Positions 1 through 9,743 are shown, counted from the first letter of the stretch. The stretch: 64,000 nucleotides of DNA from Candidatus Latescibacterota bacterium (GCA_965207885.1 OZ242311.1:5248001-5312000); one strand, 5' to 3'. Numbers and translations: made by a program. Notes: generated by a model from the letters alone, not told the origin.

Positions 1-1221
1 AATGCGTACTTTTGTAAAGGCGCGTATGACCGTGCCATTGAGGACTTCAACAAAGCCATAAAACTAAATTTAGAGCTTGCCGAAGCCTATGATAACCGTG
101 GCAATGCTTACCGCGACAAAGGCGAGGTTGACCGTGCTATCGCTGACCATAGCAAGGCTATAAAATTAAATCCAAATTATGCTCCAGCCTATTACAATCG
201 TGGCATTGCACACGATAGAAAAGGTGAGATTGACCGCACCATCGCAGACTATAGCGAGGCGATACGACTGAATCCAGAGTTTGTCGCAGCCTATAACAAT
301 CGAGGCGATGCTTATCTCAGAAAAGGTGAGATTGACCGTGCCATCGCAGACTGCAACAAGGCCATAAGACTGAATCCGGATTACGTCCAAGCCTATTATA
401 ATCGTGGTAGTGCTTACAACAGTAAAGGCATGTATGACCAAGCCATCGCAGACTATAACAAGGCGAGAAAATTAAAACCGGATTCCCCTGAAATCTATCA
501 CGATCGCGGTAGTGCTTACGGCAGTAAAGGCATGTATGATCAGGCCATCGCAGATTATAATAAGGCCGTAGAATTGAAACCTGATTATGCCGAAGCCTAT
601 TACAATCGCAGTAGTGCTTACGGCAGTAAAGGCATGTATGACCAAGCTATCGCAGACTGCAATAAGATCTTAGAACTGAATCCAGAACTTGCTATAGCCT
701 ATAATAAACGAGGCAATGCTTACTTTGATAAAGGCGATTATGACCAAGCTATCGCAGACTACAGCAAGGCCATAGAATTGAAACCGGATTATGACCAATA
801 CTATTATAATCGTGGCAATGCTTACGGCAGAAAACGCACGTATAACCGAGCCTTGGCAGACTATAAAAAGGCGATAAGATTAAATCCGGATTCCGCTGAA
901 GTCTATCACGAGCGCGGCAATATGTATTTTATCAAAGGCGCGGTTGACCGTGCTATCGCAGACTACAACAAAGCCATCAAAGATTATAACAAAGCCATAG
1001 AACTAAAACCGGATTCCGCCATTACCTATTACAATCGCGGTATGTGTTGGCTGCACTTGCAAAATTGGCAAGGAGCCAGATCGGACCTGGCAAATGCCAA
1101 AAATAGGGGCATGAATATTATCGCGGCATTTCGTAACGGTTACAAAAATGTTGGGACATTTGAGCAGCAATATAGTATAAAGTTGCCGGAAGACATCGCG
1201 GCAATGCTGACGCAAGGGTGA
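1..1221 (+). CDS. TPR-repeat protein (5' end outside window)
   Basis: Frame 1 is open from base 1 (NAYFCKGAYDRAIEDFNKAIKLN...) through the 430..1221 ORF; many 34-aa repeats of the type AYYNRGNAY..KG.YDQAIADY.KAIEL.P. Confidence 0.92.
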   Translation, partial: NAYFCKGAYDRAIEDFNKAIKLNLELAEAYDNRGNAYRDKGEVDRAIADHSKAIKLNPNYAPAYYNRGIAHDRKGEIDRTIADYSEAIRLNPEFVAAYNNRGDAYLRKGEIDRAIADCNKAIRLNPDYVQAYYNRGSAYNSKGMYDQAIADYNKARKLKPDSPEIYHDRGSAYGSKGMYDQAIADYNKAVELKPDYAEAYYNRSSAYGSKGMYDQAIADCNKILELNPELAIAYNKRGNAYFDKGDYDQAIADYSKAIELKPDYDQYYYNRGNAYGRKRTYNRALADYKKAIRLNPDSAEVYHERGNMYFIKGAVDRAIADYNKAIKDYNKAIELKPDSAITYYNRGMCWLHLQNWQGARSDLANAKNRGMNIIAAFRNGYKNVGTFEQQYSIKLPEDIAAMLTQG

Positions 1222-1289
1222 CAGACGCCACGAGCAGAAAATTGATATTATAAAAGCGGTTTTGTATTGTTCCAAATTTTAATCAGGTC

Positions 1290-1317
1290 TTGACGCTAAA
1301 CAGATGTACAGTATAAT
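1290..1317 (+). promoter_or_regulatory. sigma-70-type promoter
   Basis: TTGACG-16nt-TATAAT upstream of RBS GAGGAG (1367) and ATG 1383. Confidence 0.6.
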
Positions 1318-1382
1318 TTAGCAAGTAATCGCCATAGTGAAGGCGGATCAAATTTTAGAATGTATTGAGGAGATCTAATAAC

Positions 1383-1604
1383 ATGGCAACCAGCAGAACC
1401 ATTTACAAATACCACTTTAAGTTGGGCAATCGAATTGTCCACACGGGCATCACAAGAGATATTGATCGCCGCGAGGCCGAGCATCAGCAAAAACCCGGCT
1501 GGGGCAGAGGCCACATTGTACAGGTTGGTTTTCGCACCACTCAGGAAGCCGCACTACAATGGGAAGCGGAACAACGGCGACTTGGCAAGCCGACAGGGCC
1601 GTAA
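1383..1604 (+). CDS. small GIY-YIG-like protein
   Basis: IYKYHFKLGNRIVHTGITRDIDRREAEHQ resembles the GIY..Y(H)xG.T...RR..EH core, with a later 'ALQWE' Glu; good RBS. Confidence 0.55.
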   Translation: MATSRTIYKYHFKLGNRIVHTGITRDIDRREAEHQQKPGWGRGHIVQVGFRTTQEAALQWEAEQRRLGKPTGP

Positions 1605-1714
1605 TGACCGATGTCGTTGCGTGATGTCCGCGACAAAGCGTACAGCATTAAGTAGTCTATCCTAAAATCAGTCGGGTAAAACATCCGCAACCAGCTATCA
1701 CAGGGAATACCGCG

Positions 1715-2038
1715 ATGACAACCAAAACACAGACAGATGCAGTTGCAAATATCGTTAGGGAAACATTGGCCCAACGCTTCAAAGACGAATTTGTATTCGA
1801 TCCGATTATTGTAGAGCCTAAAATAGATCACGATGAAGACAAGTATCTGAATATTACTATCGTATTCGATGGAGATCAGAAACGTCTGGACGCGGGATGG
1901 ACTCTTGGCCTGACCAGACGCATCCGTCCAAAGCTGATGGAAAAGGGAATAGACGACTTTCTATTCCTGAGTAAGTCATTTGTCGAGAAGTCTGAATGGG
2001 AAGCAGTCCAGGAAGGTCGATACTTTGAACCAGCATGA
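1715..2038 (+). CDS. hypothetical protein, possibly the antitoxin-like partner of a HEPN gene
   Basis: 107-aa ORF with DHDEDKYLNITIVFDG and SFVEKSEW; partner assignment is from recalled gene-pair patterns, not verified. Confidence 0.6.
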   Translation: MTTKTQTDAVANIVRETLAQRFKDEFVFDPIIVEPKIDHDEDKYLNITIVFDGDQKRLDAGWTLGLTRRIRPKLMEKGIDDFLFLSKSFVEKSEWEAVQEGRYFEPA

Positions 2039-2102
2039 TTGCCAGACAACTGGCACAAGGAACGAATAGAGACCGCCTCCACCAAAGAAGAGGTAAATAG
2101 TC

Positions 2103-3296
2103 ATGTCTGAAGAGAAAACATTTTTAGAGAAAGTTCATATCAAAAACTTTCTTAGCTTGCGCGATGTTGAACTTCCACTAAAGCCTTTAACAGTTCTCGT
2201 CGGACCAAATGCAAGTGGAAAATCGAATATCTTGAATGCATTGCAACTTCTCAAGGTAATGATGGTTAGTGAAAATCTTCCTCCTGTTGAATTTATCCAA
2301 AGTCGCTTTTGGGCAGGAGAAGCAAACCACATCACGTTTCGATTACAAACTAACGCGGAAGAAACCGAAACTGAATACAAACTGAGGCTGAAAGCTGAAG
2401 CCCGCCATCCTTTTGATGTGGAAGAATTATTAGTCAACTCTGTAAAAGCTATATCAATTCAGAATGGACAGGGCATTGTTCAGGATGAAGATGGCGAGAA
2501 CGAGACACAATACAGGTCCAATAAACTCGCTTTGAAGTCGGCTGGAGATTATGGAAATAAGCCTATTACAAGAGCTTTAACGGAGTTTATTAAGGGTTGG
2601 GAATTTTATGATTTTCAACCAGAGCTAATACGAAGACATTTAGAGGGATTTCCATTTATAATAGAGAATATCCCATCGGGAGAGTTGAGTGAGTCTCCAA
2701 AGCTCGATGATGACGGTTCGACATTATCGGAGTTACTCTCGTATTGGCATGAAAACACGCCTGACCGTTTCCACAGTGTGAGCAAATCCCTCGCAGCTTC
2801 TACAAATATCAGAATAGCTCAAAGCGAAATTGACGGAGATAACCAGCTCTGCCTTTTAGAAGGATACAAGCAACCGATACCTTTGAAGAGAGCATCTGAC
2901 GGCACATTGCGTCTCGTTGCATATTACATCTTGCTTAACGAACCAGAATTACCGCCACTTATTGCTATCGAAGAACCAGAGCGGAATCTACACCCTGGCG
3001 CTTTGACGGACATAACAAATGTACTGGAGCAAATTTCTGAACACGCCCAGGTAATTATCACAACCCATAGCTCTCAACTTCTTGATGCTTTTAGTCCTGA
3101 GAACTTATCGGATTCGCTCGGCGTTTTACTCTTACGCAACATTCCCGGACACGGCACAGAAGTTATCAACCTTGAGGATATCCGCGGTGATCGAGTAGCA
3201 CTGGACGGTTGGATTCAGGATTTCGGCATTGGCAGTGCTATTTTCGATAGTGGATTGCTACAAGATCTGATGGAGGAGCCAGCGTGCCAAACATAA
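2103..3296 (+). CDS. AAA_21/ABC-type ATPase (RloA/AbiL/OLD-like)
   Basis: IKNFLSL, Walker A GPNASGKS, signature ASDGTLR, Walker B IAIEEPERNLHP, H-loop ITTHS. Confidence 0.9.
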   Translation: MSEEKTFLEKVHIKNFLSLRDVELPLKPLTVLVGPNASGKSNILNALQLLKVMMVSENLPPVEFIQSRFWAGEANHITFRLQTNAEETETEYKLRLKAEARHPFDVEELLVNSVKAISIQNGQGIVQDEDGENETQYRSNKLALKSAGDYGNKPITRALTEFIKGWEFYDFQPELIRRHLEGFPFIIENIPSGELSESPKLDDDGSTLSELLSYWHENTPDRFHSVSKSLAASTNIRIAQSEIDGDNQLCLLEGYKQPIPLKRASDGTLRLVAYYILLNEPELPPLIAIEEPERNLHPGALTDITNVLEQISEHAQVIITTHSSQLLDAFSPENLSDSLGVLLLRNIPGHGTEVINLEDIRGDRVALDGWIQDFGIGSAIFDSGLLQDLMEEPACQT

Positions 3297-4024
3297 GAAA
3301 TTGGACTTTGGAATCAGACATTGATGCCAAAGCGGTTGAATGTTTGGCAAATAAGCTGGTGAGACATCTGGAACTTGAGAATCTATCTATCCAAACTGTA
3401 GGTCCACAGGCAGTCCCAAAGCGAAATCAAAGAGGTGCATCTCCAAGCGATATACTGGGGATGGCAGTTCAGAATTATCTTAAACAAGATGATTGTGTTA
3501 TTTTCGTTATCGACAGCGATGGGCCGATGTCAGCACATCAACGACGACAAGAATCCAATTCCCTTATCAATCAAATCACGCGGGTTGTTGAGAACAGCCG
3601 TTTTAATGGCAAAGTATTTCTCGTACAGGCTGTTCAGGAACTCGAAGCGTGGTTGTTGATTGATTGTCTTGGAATTTTCTGTTATTTCGCCAGCAAAGTC
3701 GCACAGTACAGGGAAAATTGCCGTGATCGTGTTTCCGCAAACCAATCTTTCAGGCGATTGGTCGGTAGTTACCAAAAAGGCAATACAGAAAAGATAGTCG
3801 AAGCGGAAATAGGAGGCAAAGGTGCCAAAGAATACTTGATTGAATTCTCTAAAAAAATTCTGCCTGCACTCAATCCAAACAAGACTCTCAGGAACATCAC
3901 CCGTGAGCAGTATCGTGAAAACATGTCACCCGAAATAGCTGAATATGTGCTCATTGACCAACAAACATTAAAATGCAACAATTCTCTCCGCAAACTGGGA
4001 ACCGTACTCGCTAAATTCCAGTGA
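3284..4024 (+). CDS. DUF4276/RloB-like TOPRIM-fold protein
   Basis: Overlaps the ATPase stop; motifs LESDID, FVIDSD and VQELEAWLL. Confidence 0.7.
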   Translation: MPNIRNWTLESDIDAKAVECLANKLVRHLELENLSIQTVGPQAVPKRNQRGASPSDILGMAVQNYLKQDDCVIFVIDSDGPMSAHQRRQESNSLINQITRVVENSRFNGKVFLVQAVQELEAWLLIDCLGIFCYFASKVAQYRENCRDRVSANQSFRRLVGSYQKGNTEKIVEAEIGGKGAKEYLIEFSKKILPALNPNKTLRNITREQYRENMSPEIAEYVLIDQQTLKCNNSLRKLGTVLAKFQ

Positions 4025-4083
4025 GTGGAGTAGTCATTGGTCTTAAAAAAATTCGCTAATATTTGTTATTCTTATTTGACAGA

Positions 4084-4179
4084 CTGGATTGCGGCTAAAA
4101 CCATGCCGCAATGACAGGCAAAACTCTGGATCGCGGTTCAAGCATGTCCCTGTATGCTTTAAGCAGGGACCGCGATGAC
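4084..4179. repeat. two REP-like palindromic elements (CTGGA...TGAC family)
   Basis: CTGGATTGCGGCTAAAACCATGCCGCAATGAC (4084-4115) and CTGGATCGCGG-[insert]-CCGCGATGAC (4126-4179); near-identical copies at 26944, 49921, 61919, 63860. Confidence 0.85.
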
Positions 4180-4203
4180 GGTTCTGTTGAGAGGAAATGC
4201 GCC

Positions 4204-5594
4204 ATGGCTGAAAAGCTCTGGGGAGGGCGATTTGCGGGGTCGACTGAAAAACTAATGGAAAAGTTCAATGCATCCATTGGTTTTGATCGGCGTCTGTACA
4301 AAATGGATATTGAAGGCAGCCGAGCGCACGCCCGCGCATTGACCCGAATGGGTGTCTTAACAAAACAGGAACTGGAACAGGTCCTCAAAGGTCTAAATCG
4401 CGTGGAGCATGAACTCGACGCGGGCACCTTGCCATTGACGGATGATCTGGAAGACATACACACCGCAGTGGAAAAGCGCTTGACGGAACTGGTCGGCGAT
4501 GCCGGCGCGAAAATTCACACGGGACGCAGCCGCAACGATCAAGTCGCCCTGGATGAGCGTCTATACTTGCGCGAAACAGTCGCCAACACCCTCGCGCAGA
4601 TCGAGCAGTTAATGGGCGTAGTATTAGACGTTGCCGAAGAACACCTCGATATCCTGATGCCGGGATATACGCACGTCCAACAGGCACAACCGATCCGATT
4701 TTCGCATTATGCCATGGCCCTGTTCTGGATGTTGGCACGCGACCACTCGCGCTTTGAAGACTGCTGGAAACGCGCCAATGCCATGCCCCTGGGATCGGGC
4801 GCATTAGCGGGAAGTGCGTATCCGGTTGACCGAGAATTTTTGCGCGAGGAACTGGGGTTTGATCGCATCACTGAAAACAGCATCGATGCAGTCAGTGATC
4901 GCGATTATTTCCTCGAGTATTTATCGGCATCATCCATCTTGATGGCACACTTGAGCCGCTTTTGCGAAGATCTGATCATCTGGTCGTCTTCTGAATTTGG
5001 ATTTGTCGAACTGGACGACGCCTTCAGCACCGGATCGAGCATGATGCCGCAAAAAAAGAATCCCGATTCACTGGAATTGGTACGCGGCAAAACCGGACGC
5101 GTGTACGGCAATTTGATGTCTCTGCTCACCGCGATGAAAGGCGTATCGCTGGCTTATGCCAAAGACATGCAAGAAGACAAAGAACCCGTCTTTGACACGC
5201 AGAAACCGTGCAGATGTCCCTATCGGTCTTTGCGGGTGTATGGCAGACCATGAAAATCAAAGGCGAGCGGATGGCCGATGCCATAGACGGCACCATTTTA
5301 GCTACCGACCTGGCCGATTATCTGGTGCGAAAGGGTGTACCTTTTCGCCAATGTCACCGCATCGTTGGAGAACTGGTAAAAACCGCTCTGGCGCGCGGAC
5401 AAAAATTAGAAGAATTGGACCTGCCGACATTGCGCGCGGCATCTGAGGTATTTGACACCGATGTGCAAGCCGTATTGTCCGCAGAAGCCAGTACAGCACA
5501 GCGCAATCTGGATGGCGGAACAGGACGCGACTCTGTTTTGAGGCAGATCGAAGTAGGACGGCGTTTGCTGACCGATGGAGAGGCGTCTGGATGA
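4204..5594 (+). pseudogene. argH: argininosuccinate lyase with a 1-bp frameshift near 5197-5199 (pseudogene or sequencing error)
   Basis: KLWGGRF, HTGRSRNDQ, PGYTH.Q.AQP and GSSMMPQKKNPD in frame A; C-terminal ATDLADYLVRKGVPFRQCH in frame B (5208..5594). Confidence 0.9.
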
Positions 5595-6229
5595 AGCGTT
5601 TTCACGAGCGGGATGTGCGGCGTTTTTACGATTTGCTTCAGCACAAGTCAGATTTGGGACTCACGCAACTCAATGTACTGGATGGCGAAAATCTGATCGG
5701 CGTGGGACTATTTGACAATGAAGACGATTTTGTCTCTGAGTGTTCGCGCTACAATACGTTGGGCCTTCTTCAAGCTGGCGTGAACCCCCGGTCATCACAT
5801 CTTTTAGACAGCTACGGCGGGCTGCAAAATCGCATTCGCACGCTATTTAGCGATGTGGTATCCAAAGAGGATATTGCTTGTGTAACAGGTGTTGTCATAT
5901 CGGAACCCGGCCAAATAACCGAAGCCGCACTGGCATATCAAAAAGATATATCCATATTGGGAGATGGTGCGCTATTTTTTCCTATGGATAGGGAAATTCC
6001 CATCGAAAATAGTCGGCCAAATCGCACGGCCAGACAAATTGCAGAATGGTTTTTGGGAGAGGCGACATTGTCCAGAATTGATCTGACCAGCATGGTTTCC
6101 GTGCCCGGTACATCAGACCCTGAAGGCACCTGGTTTCACCCCCGCCTGCAATTTCGCAAGTATCGCCCATATATTTTAGATGGCATTTCCGAGTCAATTA
6201 GTGGTGAAAGAGGAGAATTTCATGATTAA
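5591..6229 (+). CDS. hypothetical protein
   Basis: 212-aa ORF, ATGA-coupled to the argH stop. Confidence 0.7.
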   Translation: MKRFHERDVRRFYDLLQHKSDLGLTQLNVLDGENLIGVGLFDNEDDFVSECSRYNTLGLLQAGVNPRSSHLLDSYGGLQNRIRTLFSDVVSKEDIACVTGVVISEPGQITEAALAYQKDISILGDGALFFPMDREIPIENSRPNRTARQIAEWFLGEATLSRIDLTSMVSVPGTSDPEGTWFHPRLQFRKYRPYILDGISESISGERGEFHD

Positions 6230-7184
6230 AAAATCGGTTTCATTGATTACTGCGATGTGCTTTTTGCTTTTTTCGATTTGCCCTATTCCGGCAGCCGAAA
6301 GCAAAAAAGAAACGCAATACGAACGCGGGATTTACGAATTGGGAAATGATGGATGGGAGATTGTCGATGTGGGGCATGTATCGGGCACGCGCATTGTGTT
6401 AAGCTCCCGGGTGGGGTCTCAAATAGATTTAGAAGAAAGCAATCGCTACGCTTTATTTCAGGGGGCAACCGTTTATACTCAAAAAATAGATCTTCCGATC
6501 TTGCATCTGGGCGTAGCGGGATTTCAATTTGCCGAGTTTATGAAGCAAGACAATGGCAAACTCGCCATTAAAATTCAATATCGATCAGGCCCTCGCATTG
6601 AAACGCGGCTGGTGAATGTGCAAAGTGAAAATGATCTGCGCCGCTTGAGAGAATACATCGAACATTTCGATGAAATCGTAAAAGGCGAATACACACTGAC
6701 AGACTCGTCCAAAATAGACGAGACCTATCCGCAATATACCGAGGATGCCATTTCTTTTGAAGAACGCAGAGTGCGTTTTCGATTACAAACGCGCTTTCCC
6801 GGAATGGTCACCCTGAAGGATAAAAAACAAATCAAAGGCGAATTTTTGCCCGCCTATGAAGATGATAATATTTTGATCGAGACGGAATTGAACGTTCAAA
6901 AGGTCCCTGTAGATGAAATTCACAAAGTGCAATTCTTTGGGGAACGCGGCTCCGTGGCGATGGAACGGGCAATTGTACAGGGAATTGGTGGTGCTGCAAT
7001 GGGTGCATTAACCGGAGCACTTGCCGCCTGGCAGACCAATGCCGACGTCAAAGAGACGACAATCTGGGCCGCAGCAATTTTTGGCATCTTTGGTTTTGTA
7101 AGCGGACTGGTAACAGGTGCCAGAGCCACGCAAAGTGGCAAGACCTTCACACTGGGACCTGTTGAGGGCGACAAGCGGAGATAA
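6222..7184 (+). CDS. exported/membrane hypothetical protein
   Basis: RBS GAGGAG, signal peptide MIKKSVSLITAMCFLLF, two C-terminal Gly-rich hydrophobic helices. Confidence 0.75.
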   Translation: MIKKSVSLITAMCFLLFSICPIPAAESKKETQYERGIYELGNDGWEIVDVGHVSGTRIVLSSRVGSQIDLEESNRYALFQGATVYTQKIDLPILHLGVAGFQFAEFMKQDNGKLAIKIQYRSGPRIETRLVNVQSENDLRRLREYIEHFDEIVKGEYTLTDSSKIDETYPQYTEDAISFEERRVRFRLQTRFPGMVTLKDKKQIKGEFLPAYEDDNILIETELNVQKVPVDEIHKVQFFGERGSVAMERAIVQGIGGAAMGALTGALAAWQTNADVKETTIWAAAIFGIFGFVSGLVTGARATQSGKTFTLGPVEGDKRR

Positions 7185-7188
7185 CTCA

Positions 7189-7710
7189 ATGACAATTTTG
7201 CCCTATAAGGACAAAACGCCTCAAATCGACCCGTCTGCTTATATCGCACCCGGTGCCGTAGTGATTGGCGATGTGGTAATCAGTGCCCGCGCGAGTATCT
7301 GGTTCAATGCCGTGATTCGAGGCGATGTTGAACCCATTGTAATCGGTGAAGGCACAAATATCCAGGATGGCACTGTCGTGCATACCGACCCGGGCTACCC
7401 CTGTAATGTCGGCAAAAATGTGACCGTGGGGCACAATGCGATCTTGCACGGTTGTCGAATAGAACAGGGCGTAACCATCGGAATGGGAGCAACCGTATTG
7501 ACTGGCTCAGCAGTAGGTGAATCCGCGCTGGTGGCTGCCCACGCGCTGATATTGGAAGGGGCAGAAGTCGAGCCGCGCACACTCGTCGCCGGTGTGCCCG
7601 CCAAACCGCGCCGCACATTATCAGAAGACGAGATCGCGCGCTTGTTGAACAATACCAGAAGATACCAGAAACGGCGTCTGCTTTATATGGGTGACTACTC
7701 CCAACGATAG
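7189..7710 (+). CDS. gamma carbonic anhydrase family protein (YrdA-like); last codons supplied by the IS end
   Basis: Hexapeptide repeats; WFNAVIRGD, NIQDGTVVH, VGHNAILHGC. Confidence 0.92.
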   Translation: MTILPYKDKTPQIDPSAYIAPGAVVIGDVVISARASIWFNAVIRGDVEPIVIGEGTNIQDGTVVHTDPGYPCNVGKNVTVGHNAILHGCRIEQGVTIGMGATVLTGSAVGESALVAAHALILEGAEVEPRTLVAGVPAKPRRTLSEDEIARLLNNTRRYQKRRLLYMGDYSQR

Positions 7711-7731
7711 AGCAGTTGGGCTTCTTGGCGG

Positions 7732-8859
7732 TCAATCCGCCTGACGTTGTAGCCCCAACGTCAATATGTTTATCGCAGCATTGTGGTCTCTGTCCGTCTT
7801 ATAGCCACACGCCTTGCAATGATGCACACGCTGAGAAAGTGGTTTTTTCTCTCTATGTCCGCATGCCGAGCAATCTTGTGACGTGTGCTTAGGATCAACG
7901 GCCTTGAATCCAATACCAGCCTCTTCCGCTTTGTATTCGAGACAATGCCGAAACAGGGACCACGCTACGTCGGCTATTGATTTAGCCAATCGTCTGTTCT
8001 TTTGCATCTCTTGAACGTCCAATTTCTCGACAGCTATGAAATTGTGACGATTGACCATTTTTCTTGATTCTTGATGTGCAAAGTTGTGACGCTTATTACG
8101 GATACGCTCATGCACTCTACCAATGACTTTACGACGTTTTTCTTTTGTGGCGTCGGTCTTGGGTCTTTTTTTCACCGCGTCCCATTTGCGCTGTGCTTTG
8201 GCAAGCGTTTTTTCCTCTTTGCGAAAGAATCTTTGATTCTCTATTTTCTGTCCGTCACTGGTCACAGCAAAGGACGTAAGACCCACGTCAATACCAACAG
8301 GCAGGCGATCTTCCGTGCAAGGTATTGGCGGCTCGCCAATATCACAAGAGATAGACGCGAACCACTTACCCGTCGCCGTGCGCGTGATTGTGCAAGACTT
8401 AGGGACACCTTCAAGTGGCCTATGCTGGACAACACGAATGCAACCAATACTGCCCAATCGCAAGCCCTTGTCGTCCAATCGGCATCCATTGGCAAACTGA
8501 GGATAGGTGATAGAATCATAACGATTCTCATTCTTGTATCTGGGAAAGCCAGCTTTCTCGCCTGTCTTTGACTTCTCTTTGAGACGCCGAAAGAATCCTT
8601 TGAATGCAAGATCAACCCGTACCGAGACCTGTTGCAACACCTGACTATACACTGGCTTGAAAGCAACGTGCTGCTGTTTCAGCATTGGCAATGTCGCCTG
8701 TTGCTCATAGCACGACAGACTTTCTTTATTCTTTGCCCATGCTTGTATTCTGGCACAGAGTAGTTGATTATAGAGAATACGACATTCGTCAATATGCGCC
8801 AGCAAGATTTGTTCTTGCTTTTTGGTCGGACGCAATCTGTATTTAAATGACTTAAACAT
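7732..8859 (-). CDS. tnpB: RNA-guided endonuclease TnpB
   Basis: N-terminal FKYRLRPT; RuvC-I GIDVG, RuvC-II AVEKL, zinc finger CSACG..CKACG, RuvC-III DRDHNAA. Confidence 0.95.
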   Translation of the reverse strand: MFKSFKYRLRPTKKQEQILLAHIDECRILYNQLLCARIQAWAKNKESLSCYEQQATLPMLKQQHVAFKPVYSQVLQQVSVRVDLAFKGFFRRLKEKSKTGEKAGFPRYKNENRYDSITYPQFANGCRLDDKGLRLGSIGCIRVVQHRPLEGVPKSCTITRTATGKWFASISCDIGEPPIPCTEDRLPVGIDVGLTSFAVTSDGQKIENQRFFRKEEKTLAKAQRKWDAVKKRPKTDATKEKRRKVIGRVHERIRNKRHNFAHQESRKMVNRHNFIAVEKLDVQEMQKNRRLAKSIADVAWSLFRHCLEYKAEEAGIGFKAVDPKHTSQDCSACGHREKKPLSQRVHHCKACGYKTDRDHNAAINILTLGLQRQAD

Positions 8860-8865
8860 AATAAA

Positions 8866-8894
8866 AATATATAGTTATGTGCCGTTTATGTCAA
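8866..8894 (-). promoter_or_regulatory. tnpB promoter, probably leaderless
   Basis: TTGACA-17nt-TATATT ending 6 nt before the ATG; no RBS. Confidence 0.6.
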
Positions 8895-9161
8895 GTGTAA
8901 TATGGAATAAACCTTGTTGATGAAGTGCTGGCGCACTTGTACACCGCTCCACCGCCCATATTGCCTTGTGCAATGTGCCACCGTGCTAAAGCACCACACC
9001 ATAAGCATGTCCCTGCGAAAGCAGGGATTCGTAAGCCCTTCGCCATGCGACCCAACGCTAAAGCTCTCTGCGAGTGGGCCTTACGGGCTATTAGATAAGA
9101 GGTAAGACGCGAGATACCCCAGCCCCTGTCCCCAGCTTTAAGGCGCCTCAGGAGACCTGTT

Positions 9162-9719
9162 ATGAAACGATGGCTTTTGTGTTTTGCACTGTTTGCGTTG
9201 TACACGGGATGTGGTACGTCCAACCCCGTGACACCTGAACCAGAACCACCTGCTGAAAATACGTACGACCACGTCACCGCGGATGAAGCCGATGCCTATA
9301 TCGCCGACATCGACCGGGTGTTTACATCTATTGAAGTCTTTTTTGTGGAATACGGCGGCGTAACCGCCGAAGTCACGAATGACCTGGTCACAGTCTATTG
9401 GTCGCGGCAATTTATAAGCAACATGATCGCGCGGATTCACGCCATTCAATCTACCTTGCACGGCATACGTCCTGAAAATCCGTACCTGCTCAAATTGCAC
9501 ATCGAGGAATTTGAAGCTGCTTTTGCAGACTATCTCGATGGAGCCACTTTTCTTCAGCAAAATCTCGATTTTATGACGCCAGAAGTTCTTGATGGTCTGA
9601 ACAGGCGCATGGGAGCTGGCAATGTACACATCATTCGCCTGCAGATCTTCCTGCGCGACCTGATCGGCCTACCAGTGACTTTCGGCGGCGATTTCCCTAG
9701 AGATGGGCAGACTTTTTAG
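9162..9719 (+). CDS. putative lipoprotein
   Basis: RBS AGGAG, MKRWLLCFALFALYTGC lipobox-like signal, Pro/Glu linker, helical body. Confidence 0.75.
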   Translation: MKRWLLCFALFALYTGCGTSNPVTPEPEPPAENTYDHVTADEADAYIADIDRVFTSIEVFFVEYGGVTAEVTNDLVTVYWSRQFISNMIARIHAIQSTLHGIRPENPYLLKLHIEEFEAAFADYLDGATFLQQNLDFMTPEVLDGLNRRMGAGNVHIIRLQIFLRDLIGLPVTFGGDFPRDGQTF

Positions 9720-9743
9720 ACTTTGAAATCCGAGGATTGAAGT

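Larger units (their letters stand above)
7691..8906 (-). mobile_element. IS200/IS605-family (IS1341-type, tnpB only) element; left end uncertain (8889-8906)
   Basis: Right end on minus strand AGAAGCCCAACTGCTCTATCGTTGGGAGTAGTCAC (hairpin + TCAC, ending at 7691); no tnpA present. Confidence 0.8.

Noticed and set aside
1-1080. ~102-bp periodic DNA repeats that could suggest an array
   Set aside because: They are the coding repeats of 34-aa TPR units, with no repeat-spacer structure.
8891-9160. Possible ncRNA or small ORFs upstream of the lipoprotein
   Set aside because: Only a repeat-module fragment (9003-9027) is supportable; no recognisable RNA family.
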